NCBI GenBank assembly: GCA_002423965.1
Contig: DIOR01000027.1
Location: 117,958 to 181,957 of the forward strand
Length of the DNA: 64,000 nt
Source: Firmicutes bacterium UBA5509
GTDB lineage: Bacteria; Bacillota; Proteinivoracia; UBA4975
Direction: 5' to 3'
In this document: piece by piece, positions 63,052 through 64,000 of the stretch
Position numbering within the stretch: position 1 is the stretch's first letter
Layout: each line of letters opens with the position of its first letter
Made by a program: the position numbers and the translations under genes
The notes under the pieces: model-generated
Told to the model about the DNA's origin: nothing
The model's input: only the letters and a program-made list of their open reading frames with translations
Database searches by the model: none

Positions 63052-64000
63052 CTAGCATTTTGTTATATAAAGTCAGTAACTTCTTCTCCTGGCTCTCCCA
63101 GTTATACAAGGCCTGGTAAACCTCCTGACCTTGCCGCCCCATAGCGGCAGTTTCTTCCCGATTGCACTCCAGTCTTTCAATTGCCGCCGCAATGGCATCT
63201 GTATCCAGGGGATCAACCCATACTCCGCAGGCGTGTTTTCCAAGAAATCCCTGCCAAAATGGAAAGTCCGACGCAAGAATTGCCATACCCATGGCCATGT
63301 ACTCAAACAATTTGTTGGGTGTGGAGGTTAAATGGTTGGGATATGGAAGAAGGCACATCATACCCACATCATACTGGACAAGATGCTTAAAATAACTGGT
63401 GTACGGGATAGATTGAAGATAATTTATGTTTTCTATGCCTTGGATCTTTGCATTGACACTGTCCTGGAATTCCGGGCTGTTATAATGACCGATAATGTCA
63501 AAAGTAACCGGAACTTTGACTTTTTTTACTGCCTCAATCATATTGAGGATCCCCCGGGCAGGGGAGATAAGGCCAGCATATACCAGCTTCAGCGCCCCCT
63601 GAGAAGGCTGCCTCTCGGGAGGTGTAAACGATATCAGGGGGTAGTTGGGAATTGTATGGACATTGCCCGGCAAACACTTACCTAAGTCGTCGGTAACAAC
63701 TAAGACCAGGTCGAAACGCCGGCAGGACAGATTTTCAAACAGCTTAAACAAAACACGGACTACTCCCCGTAACAATTTCGGGATTGACCTCTTGTGTCGA
63801 ATGGTCAGGACATAATTTTCATGGACGTCATAGACGACTTTCTTGCCAAAGAGTTTTGCTATTAGTCCAACTGGTATTAGTTCCGGATCATGAAAATGAA
63901 TAACCCTTGCCTCTTTGGCAAGAGATGCCCGGAGTAGCCGCCAACAGTTGCCCAGCCTTACCCTTAGCTTCCTACCCGCCGGCAAAGCAACATAGGAAAT
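63035..64000 (-). CDS. GT4-family glycosyltransferase (probably 5' partial; N-terminus beyond window end)
   Basis: VIHFHDPELIPVGL ... and C-terminal ...FEYMAMGMAILASDFPFWQGFLGKHACGVWVDP fit a GT4 fold. The first listed Met at 63985 is 15 nt from the window edge and the frame stays open. Confidence 0.65.
   Translation of the reverse strand: MSYVALPAGRKLRVRLGNCWRLLRASLAKEARVIHFHDPELIPVGLIAKLFGKKVVYDVHENYVLTIRHKRSIPKLLRGVVRVLFKLFENLSCRRFDLVLVVTDDLGKCLPGNVHTIPNYPLISFTPPERQPSQGALKLVYAGLISPARGILNMIEAVKKVKVPVTFDIIGHYNSPEFQDSVNAKIQGIENINYLQSIPYTSYFKHLVQYDVGMMCLLPYPNHLTSTPNKLFEYMAMGMAILASDFPFWQGFLGKHACGVWVDPLDTDAIAAAIERLECNREETAAMGRQGQEVYQALYNWESQEKKLLTLYNKMLGEKNA

Noticed and set aside
1-64000. CRISPR arrays, rRNA, tRNA, transposase or integrase genes
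   Set aside because: Scanned the intergenic spacers (11661-11822, 16339-16983, 20414-20640, 23037-23226, 25615-25933, 29348-29569, 32643-32897, 36973-37206, 39658-39818, 45960-46268, 49509-49655). I found no direct-repeat/spacer periodicity, no GGTTCGAATCC-like T-arm, no 16S/23S-like blocks and no DDE/tyrosine-recombinase ORFs. The only strong repeats are intragenic (CarboxypepD_reg, LRR, CWB2, GLUG).

Overview
This 64-kb window is from a low-GC Gram-positive (Firmicutes/Clostridia-like) genome with about 50% GC. The lineage call rests on a T-box leader before serS, a SipW/TasA module, a sortase with an LPXTG substrate, CWB2 cell-wall-binding repeats, CotH, and AGGAGG-type RBSs. Almost all of it is cell-envelope and accessory content.

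Left part (1-20.4 kb):
- An ABC-2 exporter, partial at the 5' edge.
- A secreted LRR + CotH-kinase protein.
- A two-gene operon of unknown function: a MutL/GlmL-like ASKHA ATPase plus a 386-aa protein.
- An ABC exporter operon ending in a SagB-type dehydrogenase and a Cys-rich Crp/Fnr regulator.
- A thioredoxin-like / HMA chaperone / P1B-ATPase metal-efflux operon preceded by an FNR-type box.
- An XRE-regulated membrane/lipoprotein triad.
- A Fur-family-regulated cbiM-cbiQ-cbiO-zupT metal-uptake operon.

Middle part (20.6-32.6 kb):
- An M42 peptidase, an orphan Na+-decarboxylase beta subunit and a secreted S8 subtilase.
- serS with its T-box leader.
- A TasA-like/SipW/LPXTG surface module.
- An MNT-HEPN toxin-antitoxin pair.
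- An LTD-lipoprotein/VTC/DUF4956 triad of the kind usually found beside CotH genes.

Right part (32.9-64 kb):
- An island of four large CWB2-anchored surface proteins with pgi embedded in it. The four are a GLUG protein, a tandem CarboxypepD_reg-repeat protein, a 2046-aa giant with PA/GLUG/Big_2 domains, and an S8 subtilase.
- The giant's signal peptide sits in a different reading frame from its body.
- Immediately after the island comes a co-directional glycan locus of about 14.3 kb. It encodes an ATP-grasp ligase, an ACC-deaminase-fold PLP enzyme, a GNAT, a PglC-like sugar transferase, a sortase, a PglD-like acyltransferase, GT4 glycosyltransferases, a DegT aminotransferase, a MurJ-like flippase, a Wzy-like ligase and a Wzz-like protein.

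No rRNA, tRNA, CRISPR, transposase or integrase was recognised. Coordinates of hand-mapped motifs may be off by 1-2 nt.
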